Below, in pieces: positions 1 through 13,300 of a DNA stretch of 64,000 bases. Within the stretch, counting starts at the first letter, position 1. Each line of letters starts with the position of its first letter. Position numbers and translations under genes: made by a program. The stretch spans positions 806,001-870,000 of the forward strand of contig JAYWIR010000004.1 in assembly GCA_036172245.1 (NCBI GenBank). Direction: 5' to 3'. The DNA is from Raillietiella orientalis. Its lineage: Eukaryota. The notes under the pieces are model-generated. The model saw nothing but the letters and a program-made list of their open reading frames with translations, was not told the origin of the DNA and ran no database searches.

Positions 1-829
1 TAGTCTGTGGTTTGTTCACCTTTGGTTCAATCAAATGAAAGGGGATAAATTTGGGTGGCAAGAAGGCTGTTTACCTTTTCATAGCCTTCGCCTCCTTTTT
101 CTCAGAGCCGAGGCAGCTGTTCAAAAGGCGCTGTTTCTTCTCACCCAGCCGTTGCTTTCAGTAGATGCTGTTAATGGAGAGCTGGATGCTGGAACGCACC
201 ATCTCCTTCCCGATTTATTTCCTCCCAGTGCCTCGAGATCCTCACTTCTCACAACATCGCATCGTTCTCTCTGTCTCACGATCCAAGGATGTTGCGGAGA
301 GTGACCGTATTGACTCCGGAAATCCTGGATGAGGAGAGGAGAGCTGGTTCTTGGTGAGTGCTTTCTTTTCGTTGCCTTTCCACATATTGCGTTGGCTTGG
401 CCATCTTTCCGGATGCGAACCGGACGTGAACGCTTTGACGGCTGAGCCTGTAGGTGTCGGGATCGGATGCTTTTGACAGACACTGCGCGCAGAGTGACTC
501 CTGAAAGTTTCGTGACGGTTCGGTCCGGAGGGTCCAACAGCTTGAGACCAGTGTCCACGGAGAAGATGCAACCTCGTCTGATGAGTTCCCGAGACCACTC
601 AAAGGGACGACGTACGTTCCTTCGAGTAATGGGCATGTGAGCATTCTTTTGCCTCTCTGCCCGAAAGATCCGTGTATCTTGATTTTCCAAAGGAGAATTT
701 CTATCGAATTCCAGTCTGCCTTCCAGTGGATGCCGCACCCCTAATAATGCACTTTTAGAGAAGAAGAACATTTTTATGGCGTCTTGTTTTTGAAAGTCCG
801 CGGTCCGATATATGCGGACAAACATCCGG

Positions 830-1950
830 TCCCTTGAGGACTCGGACTGGATTAGGCACATCTGAAACGGATACTCATACGTGTCAAGATATCCATATGC
901 TGTCGTGCACGTTTAGGAAGTATCTAAGACAGGATATCGGCGTCACTGATTTGAAATTGGATGGCACTCCAGAAACAAAATGGAAAGAAAAACATTATCA
1001 GGAATGCTGGAAAGGGATCATCTTCAACATGTTTGTTCCAGCAATGTAACTACAGCTCTGGTCTTCTAAAAGGACTGGATCATCTACAAAAACCATGGGG
1101 AAGTCTTCGACAGACCGGGAGACATCAGGAATGATGGCTAGTCTTTTAGAAACAAGCCTAATCGAAGAAGAGTGTAAGAAGTTTTCATGTAAGAAATTCT
1201 CAGTATTTCCAAATAGCCTTCTCTATCCCTCCTATCAAATCCTCGTGCCTAAGCCAGATGAGGGTTTGGCTGCTGTTGGTAATGATTGAGAAAGTGCACC
1301 AAGGATTCTTCCCCAGCCGTACATCTTGAAAACATCCATGCCATCCTTTGTGGAAACGGCTTGCAAGAAACAGAATCAGACCATCTGAGCATCGTTCCAA
1401 ATGGTAAAGATTGAAAGTGAGATCATGAGAGAGACATCTCGTGTGCCTTGGGTGGCTCATGAAAAAAAAGGTTGTAGGACAGATCTCAAATCTTTGATGG
1501 TTGGCTTGGAGTAGAAATTGAGATCGTTGTACATTGAGCACTCTCAAACTAGGTGGTCAGAGAGCCACTGACTGCGAGTGGCTCCCTGACCCGCTTGAAA
1601 TTTCAGATGAGGCTGGAAAACGGCAAGCCAAAAGCATGGAGAATCTCACACAAGGGATATCCATCGCGTTTCGGAGGGTGTCGCTATCAAGGACAAAAAC
1701 AGGTGCTGCACATATAGAGGAGCTTGCAGCATATGGAACGACATCGCGCTTCCCCAGAGTTAATTACCATGACAACGAAGAGGCATCCAGTCTGGCTGAC
1801 GCAGGTCCCGGAAATCTGAAGTTTTGTTTACGTGGTCCGGGAGACTTTTTTGAAATTGCAATTAGCATGCTCTCCAGGGAGCCGCTGACTCAAACGCGCT
1901 CACTACCTCGCCTGATGTTGGCACCGGCAAACTTAGACGGCGCTCGATTT
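830..1950 (+). mobile_element. Highly decayed Ty3/Gypsy LTR-retrotransposon pol (RT into RNase H start)
   Basis: + frames give RT landmarks in the expected order despite stops and frameshifts: SYQILVPKPDEG (SP-LVpKPDG), LKSLMVGL (mpFGL), CEWLPDPLEIS (vYLDDiLi), ASSLADAGPGNLKFC...FEIAISMLSREPL (pL..l..k.F.W...F..lK..L...PvL). Confidence 0.5.
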
Positions 1951-2199
1951 TAAACTTCCAAAAGTTCAAAGTTTACATATGAAGAATTGGTATTCGCTCT
2001 GTATGAAACTGTGTCCTGCTGCAAATTTATTGAGTGATCACGTGGCTCTTTATGACAAAAAAGGATCTCCCGCCGCCGGGGTATGGACATCGAAAAATTG
2101 CCATTGGTGTCTAGACACGGACTTCCTCTTCCTTCCATCAGCAAAGATAGGGAAGAAGGAAGAAAAAGAAAAAAAAAGGAAAGGGAAATAGGGAACCAA

Positions 2200-2640
2200 A
2201 TGGGAGGGCAAAGAGGAACAGAAGTTCATCTCATTAGTAACAGCAGTCTGTTCTCGGCCCTCGGTCTTTCCAGTACCACCCATAAAACTCGACTCTGACG
2301 AATGGACCAACGCCAATTCTATCCCTTGAACTCTCCGATCCTGCTCTTTTAGGCAGCCGGAGGAATTCCGGATTTAGCCTGCTCCTTGGACGCCGCCAAC
2401 CTCGCTTCCTCCACTTCTCGTGCCGCCTTGCCGTTCCGCTTGCATGCGTCCCGAGGCAGCAGGGCGTTCCATCCGCCTCTACAATAGACGAGGGCCACCG
2501 CGGAACCGCGGCGGCGCTGGCGTCCCGATAGCTCTACGACGTCGGTGCTACTGTTGACCATCCTTTCCTCTGCTAGGGGCAGCATTTTGTCGGAGAAGAA
2601 GATGACGTGCGAACGATGATTCATGGACGAGACCTTCATG
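2200..2640 (-). mobile_element. Possible RNase H / 3' remnant of a non-LTR retrotransposon
   Basis: ORF 2349-2639(-) has HVIFFSD...VALVYCRG, a weak match to RNase H IfSDS and V.L.WvpGH, followed by a pyrimidine-rich tail. Confidence 0.25.
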
Positions 2641-3399
2641 TGTCAAGGGCAACGCAGGTTTGGGTCAGTCAGGTCAGAGGATTCCGATGAGCTCTCACTA
2701 CCCGCGTTTGTACACGCGGGCCCCAATTCCGTGAAGTGTGAATCTGCAAGTTGGTCGTTCCAACGGGTACAAACACGTGCGTTAATGGGGACGTCTTTCC
2801 CAAATGGGGCTACCTGCTGCCGTTTCGGCGCGAGGCGACCCCATCTTCAAACACAATGCTCCTCGATCGCCGCCAGTGTTCCGTCTGGAGCTCCGGGTCA
2901 TAGGTCGCAGAGTATGCAGAATATGCCCCTCGCGGGAGGGAGCTGCCCCAAGATTTTCTACGGGAGCTCTTCCTTGGGTACGCACGCGCCGGGAAGCTAA
3001 GAAATGAACGTTCGCGGTGCGTGCGCGTTCACAATGCTGCGTCTCGACCTCGCGTTCACGTGAGCACCCGCGGATTATCCGGATGTGCGCGGACGGCTGC
3101 CAGCTTCCCAGCATCCCTGCACTCCTTCATTTTGCCTGCGCCTTTCTGTTTTCGTCCCTGTCTTCAGGTCGTTCCCGTTCCTCAGCCCAGCAGTCAGGCC
3201 ATTCATCACGCACCTCGCGCTTGAGGAAAACGCGTGATTTTTCAAAATTGCTGCTTGCTCCCGGAGAGGCGGAGCGGCGGCTGCCTCCCTGCTCTGGCTC
3301 TCGAGGATAGAAAAGGAGAGAGGAACGCTAGGTGTGCGCGCTTGCGCTCTTCCGCAACCGGTTGTTCCTCGCGCGAAGGCAACACACACAAAAAAAAAA

Positions 3400-4800
3400 T
3401 CTGCGGAGGAAGAGCAGGATCGAATTTTGGCAGGCTACGGAAAAAGAAGCCTCATGCTCGTCTGTTTCTCTCTCCCTCACCCCCTCTCGTTTCCTTGTTC
3501 CCTCCTCCTACAGGCTCCAGGGTTCCTCCCGCCGGCTCCGGGGTGCAGAGTCCAGACGAGCGAAAGGCGCGCGACGCGACGACGACTTCCTGCTGCTTTT
3601 CTTCCAAGTCGTCCCGCGAGGCGGGGACACGTTCCCCTGACTGCGGCTCATCGGGGAGCTGGAAGATACCGGGCTGGATAATCACCTCCAGCCGTGCGTC
3701 TTGCTGCTTCCCCCGCCTTGACCCCGGCATGTTCCTAATTCCACGAAGAGCTTCCCGCCTTCTCATTTTTTTTGGTCCCCTGTTTCGCCCTCCGCCTTCC
3801 TTGTCCCCAGGTTCCCCTGCGGATGATAGGAGGAGAGTCCGCGAACGGCCGAACGTCCATCTCGATCTCCGAGAGTCTCGACGGACTGGTTCATGTTGGG
3901 AACCCCACTCCTGCTCCAGTTCGATATTCTCCAGTGTTTCCTTTGGACCGAACCCTCCGGCTTCCCTCTTCGGAGCTTCTTCAGGTTTCTCCCTCTCAGA
4001 ACCTCGCGCACAAATCGCTTCCTCCACCATCTTGGATTCCCGGAAAGGTTGCACTCTCCCTCTTCCTTGAGTGAAAGCTGCGCTGCTGTTCCGCTACGAA
4101 AGAAGGCAGTCGGCTCCAGGGAACAGATGGCAGCTCTTTCGGGCTTCGGTCTGGCCTCCGAGGGCACGGCTGAAAGAACATGGCCCTCCTCCACTTGGGA
4201 AGACAAGCTGGCATCCTTCCTTCCTTTTTTTGTTTCGGCTTTCGGGATTTTTTCTTCTTGGATGCGAGTTTCCCGGCTGGGGTCATCGGCTCGTTCTCCT
4301 CCCTTTCCGCGAAAGGAAGCAAGCCGCGCCCTGTTTCTGTGGTCACGTGAGCCTTCTGCTCGCGCATGCAAGAGGTCCGCCCCGTGCCATTGCAACCACC
4401 CGCCCTCCATTTGGCAGCGTCTTCCTCGCAGCTTCAAAGGGGCGCTCAGATTTTCCTGGAGAGAGTTTCACGGTTTTCAGACGGTCACGAGCAGGTTCTT
4501 CGTCCTCCTGGAGACAGGAATTTGTTCCACCCCATGGTCCTTGGTTACCTACCGCCTTTGTCTTCCCATTGCAAGACAAAGGTGATGGCTCGCTACGGAG
4601 TTCCATCCCGGAAAATCGGGGACGGAGCCATCAGAAAACGAGATCCGCTACAGATGCTGCTGTTGCTAAATGCACTGCCTGGGATGCTGAGGAAAGCCAG
4701 CTTTCCCAGAGGAGATGGGCGCCTGACTTTCAACTCTTCCGGACAAATGCTCTATTGCTCCTCCTAAAGCAGGAAGTGCAATGAAGGTGGGTAAACTCCA
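3400..4800 (-). mobile_element. Possible L1/Tx1-type ORF1 remnant
   Basis: Degenerate zinc-knuckle-like RTSCMREQKAHV near 4345-4380(-), followed by a long charged low-complexity open frame (3452-4054). Confidence 0.3.
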
Positions 4801-5949
4801 TCTGCTACTTCCCTCATCCACCGATTGCCATACTCCACGGTTATCTGGGGTAAATCTTCCCCTTTTCCTCCTTTTGCGGTAATTCCTGATGCCACTACTC
4901 TTCGACGGCTGACTTCTGGATAGTTCGACTCCCTGTCGCAGCACCAGCCCCCAAGCAAGGAGCAAGCAGAAAGGAGCGAAGATCGTGTTTTCTTTTCACA
5001 GTTCTCTCTTGAATTTGCGCATTTTGTTCGGCGTCAGTCATCGAACCACCGTTCCCGAGTGGCATCTGCTTTGCTCCTTAATGAGACTCACTTTCTTCCT
5101 CGTCTTTTTCCTGTTTTCGTTTTTTTTATAGCCTTGGCAGGTAGGGAGTCGCTGTGTGCGGTTTGGGGACGGCGCTGTCTTGCTAACGTGCTGTCAAACG
5201 TCTCTCCAGGAGCGAGGAAATGCTCGCGTAGTTGCGCCTCCATCCGAGGAGTATTCTGAGGATGAAGTGGAGCTGTCAAGCTGCTGCCTTCTCTTCACAC
5301 GGGATTCTCCCAGAGGATGAAGGTGCAAGGCTCCGCTCAAGGGTTTTCTTCGGGACTTCAGAGCTTCTGCCATCGCAGCCCGCGGATCTTGTTGCTTGGG
5401 GGACCATTTTCGCTTATGAAGGTTTGTGATGCTGCTGTCAAGGAAATGTTCATCCTTTCACTTTCGAAGCTCCAGGAAACCCTTGCACCTGCTTCTCACG
5501 TATGCAGATTGACGCTATATCCTCCCCCTCCCCTCTCCCCTCCACGCCTGGAATTTTGCCAGTTGGCTGTCACGCGCTGTACCTGCGTATTTGGAGCCAA
5601 GTAAATAATATTTCTATTACGCTGCTGCTGTTGCGGGTGAGATTTTTTTTCCTTCCCGTGCCTTTCTGAAAACTTGACAGGAAGGCATCCAGTCTGGAGT
5701 TGCCGAAGTTCTGAAAAGTTTCTGGTTTTCCTGTACTCGATGTGCGAAATTTGTTTTGTCAGATGTCGGAGTGGATCTCCCCTTTTTTCACGTAACCTTC
5801 TCCCACGTGACATCCGAAAGAGACCTGAGATGTCCAAAGCAAACAAACTCTTTGGACTTTCGTCCACTTTACTTTTCTGGTTCTTTATTCCAGCAGGTAT
5901 CTCATCACTTTCATGTAACCTCCAGGAAGTGACTGTGGCTCACGGCTGT

Positions 5950-6790
5950 TCATTACTCCCGTGCTCCAGCCGACGCTCCCTGCATACGTTGCCAAAGTGG
6001 TGAATTCTGGAACACATTATCTTTTTCCTGGGATGATTCGCTTCGGTACCAAAAGATCAGCTCTTTCAGCACCTTGTTTCTAGGATCCCATGATGAGTGG
6101 GAACACTGACGTAGGAGTTCGTTTGGAGACAAAACGAGGAGTGCCAATCCTCCAGAATTTTTCAGAGTTTCCGGAGGAAGAAAGGGAAGGAGCAAGGTAT
6201 GCCCAATTCGATAGCCCGCTCTAGGGCATGGAGCGAGTCATCGTATTGAACTGGTCTGAGCTCCAAGTCGATTCCAAGCCACGATTTCTGGGTGACCACC
6301 CGATCAGGGCTACCAGGTCTTTATGTCTGCAGCTCTTGAGATTGGGCTCTCTTGCGATTGAGGATTGGAAAAGGATTTGGTAAGTACCTCTTCCCGAACC
6401 ACGAGTCTCCTGCAACTTCGATCCGTTCCATTCTCGGTGAGCGTTGCTCACGCAGGCCCTACGTGAAAGCTCACAGAATGAACGAACCCATCATCGGAAA
6501 ACGTTGAAGGAAATTGTGCCCCATTACTAAAGGAATGACAGACAGTCAGAAGCCATTTTTCCGGTGTGTGGTTACAATTTCCTGGGCTTTTTCTGTGCGG
6601 CGCTCGACTGGCGAACTCGACAGATCGTTGGTGCACCTACGAGATCTCCCAGCAGCTTGAACCCTCCGCGGCTCAGTGGGAGGCGGTCATCAGAGGGCTG
6701 CTTCCTGCAGCAGTTCCCTGCTTTCGTTCCTATTTCACGATGCCCGCACGTTTGAGTGGCTTGCGAAGATCTCTTTGCGGAAGTCACTAA
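5950..6790 (-). mobile_element. 3' remnant of an RNase H-bearing non-LTR retrotransposon (R1/LOA/I-like)
   Basis: TCGHREIG (WvpGH.gI-like), then HREWNGS...GRGTY...KDLVALIG, resembling the segment before the C-terminal CCHC; heavily decayed. Confidence 0.3.
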
Positions 6791-7399
6791 CTTGTTCAGG
6801 TGGAGCTGCTTTGGATTCTTCTAACTGAAAAAAAAAAAAAAAAAAACATGTGCCAGAGATGCACAGAGACATTCCAAAGGGTGGTGCAAGAGCACCAGCA
6901 AGATGTTTATGCTTTAAGGAAGATGCAATGTGCCAACACTTCAAAATCGGGCACAATTCCATCCTCATCAATCCAGAGTTGAACGTGAAGAAAGCTCAGC
7001 TAGCAGATCAAACTGCCAACTGAGAGAAATCTCCCAGGAAGAAGTCTTCTTTATCCGTTCTTGCTCTCTGGATGCAGTATTGCCTGGATTTAGCTCGGAG
7101 AGCTGAAGAAGCCGTCTCGGTTCTGCCCCTGCCTTTGGTCTACTTGTTTCCTTGATTTAAAAGCACTAGGAGAGCGTTGTTTGATATTCCAGAGAAGAAA
7201 AGAAAAAACATCGAGAACCAGAGAGGCATCGAAAGATTCCTTCTCGCTGGGAAAAGGGAAACGGCCTTCCGATGCTCACAAGAGAGGGAACAGTGGAGGG
7301 ATATTCCGTTGTTCCCTCCGCGTGTTAGATATCCGACAGGAATGTAGCCTGCGCATGCTGTGAAAAGGTCAACAATCAGTCATGCAGGAAAAGCGAATC

Positions 7400-8400
7400 A
7401 AAACCATTGGTCAAATGATGCGGCCCCGCTGCATCTACTGACCTTCCGGCTGAAACACATAGAAAGCGATTTATTTGCCTTCCGCAAGACAAGCCCTTTT
7501 CTCCTCCCTGCCTGGCTCTTCCCACAACAGTCGAAAGGGGCAATGACTGATGAGAAAGCGCACTTCAGCCCTTCCTAGGTCTTTCGAGACCAGCGGCGAG
7601 CAGTCACTGTCTTGAGTTGCGCCAACGAGGGAGGCCGTTATCAGTTCTAGAGTGGTGTAGTTCCTGTTCTATGGAGCAATTCGTGGTTCATTTTACAGAT
7701 TGCTGACACGACTGCGGCTACATAGCCAGCTTGAGAAAGCGGCAACGCTCGAAAGACGATCCTTTGTGACTCGCAAGGAAGCCCGGGTCCATGCGTGTAT
7801 TGGGGAGAAACAGGAAAAAAAGCAGTGGTAGTCACCGATCACAGAGAGAACTCTTCAGACGCTCCATCATCCGTTTCCGTGCCTCCTTCTTGAGACGAAA
7901 AGAGAACGATCGTTCCATACATAGACGAGCAAGGTTTGACCGACCCTCCTGTTCCCGAAAGAATCACTCATCGATCAGAGCTCTCACTGATATGAGATGG
8001 CATGCGAATTCCTATTGCCTGGATTCCAACCATCGCTGGAATATCGATCTCAAGTATGCATCGGGCAAGCGAGGATGCGATTGGTATGCGCAGTGGTTCC
8101 AGAGGCCATCGTAAAGGAGCGTGACTCAAAAATGCCACCGCTCTCCCGAATCAACTGCCCAATAAGCGGATACACCACGCAGATGCTTCCTGATGGATCA
8201 CATTTGCAGGACGGTGGTATGCCTTCAGCCACGTCTTCTTCAACGGAAGGAATTCCAATCTTGGCTGAATTCCTGCAGTGGATTAATGATTCTTCTTCTT
8301 TGCTAGACGTGGCGCTCGCAGGGAGTGAAGACATCTTTTCTCTTCTGTTGCCAGTCTTTTTTCCTAGCAAACGCCTCAACTGAGCTCCTCCACACCGCTT
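7400..8400 (+). mobile_element. Non-LTR retrotransposon 3' remnant (RNase H plus decayed CCHC region)
   Basis: KAVVVTDH (I.TDS), IPIAWIPTIAGI (L.WIPsH.GI), then LSRI...PILAEF, in RNase H to C-terminus order. Confidence 0.45.
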
Positions 8401-8689
8401 GCTGCTCATTGTACCGGACGATGCAACCACGAAAATCTTACCCAGTACAGGAGATCTTTACAGAGGTCGAACTGCTCGGCCTCTGTTCTTTGACCACTTC
8501 CTGTTTGTTGTGGCTGCTCACGCGCCCGTTTCCTCCCTCCCCGACGCCGGTTCCTGGAACCGTGTCGAATAGCGTGATTCCGGTCCATTCTCTTTTCCAT
8601 TCCTTATTTATTGATTGGTCGTCCCGCCCCACCGTCCAGTCTCTCCTAGTTCCTCCCCCTTTCCTTTCGAAGCGGCGCCTAGCTGGATA

Positions 8690-9340
8690 AGTTTTATTTC
8701 TTCTATTTTAAACAACCGACCCCGCAGTCCGGAATAAGAAGGTCACAATTGGGCGCTTATCGACCCAAGATTAAACATACAGAGAAGCACCGGAGTCCTC
8801 TACGGAATTCCCCACAAGGGGGACATTGTTCCATGTGCACTTGGTCCTCGGGGAACTCTCTGAAACTGCAAAGGGGACGGGAAAATGAATAAATAACGGG
8901 AACGGAGGAGGAGGAGCCACCGAGCTTTAGTTCCTAGGACCCCCGCCCAGTGCGGGAGTGCTTTCTGTCCCTCGCTGTTTCATCCGGCCAAGACCACCTC
9001 GCCCCGGTCCGTGGAGTGGAGTCTCCTGGCCAGCAAGCTCCTCTGCTTGCGGGAACGCGTCTCGGGAAGGGACACGTCGCCCGGAACGCTCGTCTGGATG
9101 GAAGTGAGGTCGGTTGCTGCCACGCTCTCGCCTCCCTTCGGCAGGGCACCGTGGAGGTCGAGCAGGTGTTGAGGGATGAGCACTTGACGGAGCGCACCCC
9201 TCGGAGCAAGAAGTTTCCTCGCTGCTCGCGGCAAGGCGGCGTGGGTGGTCCTCGTCTGCTGCATGCGGCGAAGAAACCACAGATGTTCTTCTGTAGAGGA
9301 AGAGACCGAGACCACAGCGTACTGGGAGTTACTGGGTAGA
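8690..9340 (-). mobile_element. L1/Tx1-like ORF2 C-terminus and 3' UTR
   Basis: HLWFL...HAALPRAARKL resembles the zf-RVT H.aLP..rl motif; minus-strand AATAAA near 8693-8698. Confidence 0.5.
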
Positions 9341-9689
9341 CTCCATTTACATAGTATTGGTTGGTGAAACCCTACCCTAATCTTATGATAGAATGAGGAT
9401 CAATGAAAATGAAGGATGAGGAAATCAAAAGGATGAGAATCAATCAGGAATAGATTCAAGACTCTCTCTTTGTGACCTCGTGATTTAGAATAAGGGTAGG
9501 GAAATTGCCTGGATGTCATTTGTCCCTGAGGGAATTCGTCCATAATCGCTGTAGAAAGCGCTGTAAGGAGGGAGTAAACTCAGGAAGCTTTGTGCTTCTC
9601 CTTCCTATGGAGGACAGACCACGGACCTTCCTATGGAGGCACCTTTCGGTGAAAGCATTGTTCATCAGATTCCGAGCAGCCTGAAATTC

Positions 9690-10110
9690 AAAGAACTTCG
9701 AGATGTTCAGGGAGCTGACAGTTGCAGCAGCAAGCGGTGCCTGAAGAAAGAACTGGCGTGCTCCAGTATTTCCCTTTCATGAGGTGTGTGTCGACTGCGT
9801 CGGCTGGTCCATGGACCATGATGAACAGTTCGTGACGCTGATGACTGACTGTAAGAGCATTGGATGGCTGCAGCGGCAACAGCTCCACGCTGCGAGCGGT
9901 TTCCATTTGTGCAAGTCTGCAGCTGAAGTCTTGGGTGAATTCGTAGATAACATGATAATCTTAAGTACCGTGCTACTGAGGAGTAGGTGCATTGTGTCAA
10001 CGAAGCGCACGGTTGCCTGGATCTGATGATAATTTGCATGAGCTTCCCAAAAAAGGATGCCCTTCCAATCAACAAATGCTTTGCATTCTCATCTGGGAAG
10101 CTCATGCTAA
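9690..10110 (-). mobile_element. Ty3/Gypsy RT-thumb/RNase H remnant
   Basis: RASFFG plus frameshifted ANYY (RsFLG.aNYY), KWKPLAAWS (PiAf.S), HELFIMV...HLMKG (Ella.V...yL.G). Confidence 0.5.
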
Positions 10111-10779
10111 TTATCGCCGGAGCCAGGCAAAGGTCATGAACTGAATCCCTCTGCCCTGATTTGTTTTTTTTGTTCTTTTTTCATTTCTAAAGATAAATAG
10201 ACACCTATTGAAAGATGCTTTCCTATTTAACTACCCTTCATTAAAATTGGGGTTTTCTCAGTTATTTGCCAATGTCATGTAAGTTGCGTTCCATAGATCA
10301 TTTTGTTTTTCCAGATTTGATGATAGCTTGTCTAATGCGGCGCTTGAGATATGGGGTTCTGGAATTTTCTGTGTATCTTCGATATTTAGTGCTAAAGAAA
10401 ATATGCTTTCAATAGTGTCCGGCTGAACATACTGCAAATACCCTTGTTAATCTCTTGTGCAACGCCCGATTGCAATGTTCTCTTGATTCTTATCCTCTTT
10501 CTTGCAGTTACAGGGGTGAGCCCCCATTTTTGTGGCCACACTATACGCTGATGGTCATTCTTCGAACTGCTCCTTCAGTGTTAATGCACAGGGTGTATTT
10601 CCGATGTGACTTCCACGACTCCTCGCTGAAATTCCCTTGGATTGAGACGTCAGTAGAATTTCTGGACAGACCTGCACCCTTTTGAAAAGCTTGCAATCTT
10701 GAGACACATTTCCATGAATCGAAAGCATATAAATCCTTTCGTCACTCTTCTCGAGGTACACAATACTGTGTGCTTGGAC

Positions 10780-12320
10780 TGAAGCCCGGGTGCACTGCAA
10801 GACGGACTTGCGAGTGATCGGTTGCGTAGACCACGTATTTTTTCTCGACTGTGGAAACGAATACGTAGGGATAATCGAGCATCCAAAGTCTAAATGTTCC
10901 GGATGAGAGGAGTCTCCAAGGAAAGATTCGGAAAATGCCTGAAAGCTGGATTAGCCTTCTAAAAGTGCAGGGACAGCTTCAAATCTTTCCTGGAAGACCG
11001 CTCTACTCAAACATTCCGTACGCCTCTTCTGTGAGTGCCATCCTTTTCTAGGTTTGTTACCGGAAGGCTGCGATGAAGGACAGATGCTCAGGGAGTTTTA
11101 TCTTCAGGATCACGTCCTAGGCAGGCAGAAGAAGGTGAGGTACCTCTCTCAGTTCTTTGTTCTGGCAGAGAGAGGAAATCTGGTAAATAAGCGCGACTGG
11201 ATGACAGTGGCGTGCCGAAGCACACGCACCGCTCAGTACACCAGCATTGTCCCCAGCTATGCGCTGTTGGGTTTCCTGACGTGGACCGCGCTACGCAGAT
11301 CCTAGAGGACAACGCTCACAATGGTCCCCATACGGCTTAACAAGCCACTCACGTAAGGCACCACTGAAAGAGAAGAGAGAAGCGGGATTGAGTGAGGATG
11401 AACTGCCGGGAGAATTTCAGAGGCCCTTTGAGGCAGAAATGACACCCCCAGTGCATGAGCCACCATTGTGGACTCGAAGATAAACCAAGTTTCTGCCTTC
11501 TTCAGATCACCTGGGGTTTTTCTTCTGCCCAAAATAGAGACCGGTGTGGTCTGAGTAACCGCGGTCCTATCACTCTTGTGGAGAAGGACATCGAGCAGCT
11601 TCCTTTTCATGGTGTCGATCGCGAGATTGGAACAGATAAAGGAGTTCACGATCACCCCTAAAGAGATCTCCGCAGTGCGGATCAAAGTATGGACTTCAAT
11701 CCACTCTGAGCTTCCACCTGCCTCGATTTCCGTCGAGAAAGGGAGAATACCGCCTCTCTACGGGGAGGATTCGGCATAGCAAGTTGATGAGGGGCACCAC
11801 ACGAAAATACAGGAGTACCAGTCGATCTACAAAGGGGTTTCGAGCACACCGGCTATGGATGTCTTCTCAACATACTGGAGCGGCTTGAGCTTCTAGAAAG
11901 CTTCATCATCCACCTGGACTCGTTGCAATGCAAGAAGTCAGTTTGTTGCTTTCTCAGAGTCATGATCCTGCAAAGTCGAGCATGGCAGCAGATGAAGAGA
12001 CTTTTTGAGTCCGATACTGTTCTGCACCTTCTTGGAAGCTGGAAGTCTCACTCAAAGAATATTTAGAGTCGACCCCAAAAGGGTCGAATTCCAAGTGAGC
12101 AGGCAAAAGAAGTCAACAGTTGTGGCAGTTGGTACGTCTCTGGATGCGGCTTGATCTTTGAAACATTCCCGTGGGAAGGTCCCTCAAATACACGGGAACA
12201 GTGAGTTTGTTGTCTCCGAATGAAGTCTGGTCCGCCTGTGTAGAGAAGGTCTACCTTCTCTGTGTGGTTTCTTGACCGCGACTCGTTGCCTGAAAAGGAA
12301 ACACATTGGACGTCCTCTTT
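10780..12320 (+). mobile_element. Ty3/Gypsy integrase remnant
   Basis: LPEGCDEGQMLREFYLQDHVLGRQKKVRYLSQFF...VACRS resembles the integrase HHCC region; FSSAQ (fSsayhPQ) lies downstream; possible chromodomain debris near 12260. Confidence 0.45.
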
Positions 12321-12349
12321 GCCCTTCGCATGGAAGGATTTCCGTTCCC

Positions 12350-13300
12350 CTCCCCCCCTTTTTTTGTTGCACCTGAGAGAATCCGGGCTGCTGTCTTCTA
12401 CTACGATGCGGGAGCCCTATGTGGGACTCCAAGTGAGGCTGAAAGTGTGTGTCTAGCTGTCCACCGCCAAGAAGCGGTGTCAGCTTCCATACGGCTGAAC
12501 GAGAGAGGATCCAAACATCCTTCGGGAGCTTGGTCCTCAAGGCGAATTTGCGGACTCCCTGGTGCATTTCTGCGCGCCATTATGCCAAAGAACTAAAGAT
12601 CTGTGACATTGTGACGCTGATACACATCGCGCACGGTCGCAGATACGGGCGATGCGTGCTGCCCAATTCGGTCGAGAGAGCTCAGTGCCAGAACACTTCG
12701 GGCATGCGATGCAACTGAGAAGGCCGAACCCATCCGGCGCTGGAGCCCATTCGCTTCTTGTAGAAACGCGTCCTTATGGAAGACTCCGGGTCAGCGCGGT
12801 CCTGCTTTCCTAGGGCGCGTCTCGTGGTCATTGGAAATCTGCTTCCGTGGGAATAAGAGCCGGATTCGCCTGCAGCATCGGGAGTGGTGGCCTTCCGGGC
12901 GGCTAGGGCTAGCCAAGCTCCATCTTCCGATGGAACGCGGCGCAGCTGCCGGCAGCAGCCACGCCCAGAGACCTCGCTCGCAGCCCGCGAAGGAGGATAG
13001 GCTTTCCTGGAATTCCCCGGGGATATCTCGAGACCTGTGGTTTCCTGGCCACGGCCTGTGCCCTTTCCCTGCGCTGCCAGAAGACGTCCTGCCAGTGCTC
13101 TGGAGCCTCCGTCGGAGCGCCTCAGAGGGGGCAATTCTTCAAGGAACGTACCTCTCGCAGGACCGTGGGGGGAGCGCTTTCTATCTCCGCGCGTGCTTCC
13201 GGAATGTTCCAGAGGCTGCAGCAGACACGGGCGCACGTCACAGAGGCACTCTGATTCCTGGATAATCCATCTTCTCCCCTGACCTATGCAGTGAAAGTCA
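12350..13300 (-). mobile_element. L1/Tx1-like ORF2 3' remnant
   Basis: ORF 12682-13236(-) ends ...MPEVFWH (H.FW.C-like zinc-finger end); GC-rich composition like the other Tx1 pieces. Confidence 0.35.

Noticed and set aside
830..1950. Endogenous negative-strand RNA virus L gene (VPKPDEG as KERE, GPGD as GDNQ)
   Set aside because: Motif order and spacing fit Ty3/Gypsy RT-RNase H better; no credible GHP or GGxEG motif.
3234..4784. Long overlapping ORFs (200-278 aa) as genuine genes
   Set aside because: GC-rich low-complexity sequence open in several frames on both strands, with no domain signal; best explained as retroelement ORF1 debris.
9370..9501. MITE bounded by CCCTACCCT / AGGGTAGGG
   Set aside because: Only 9 bp of perfect inverted repeat, no clear TSD and no second copy in the window.
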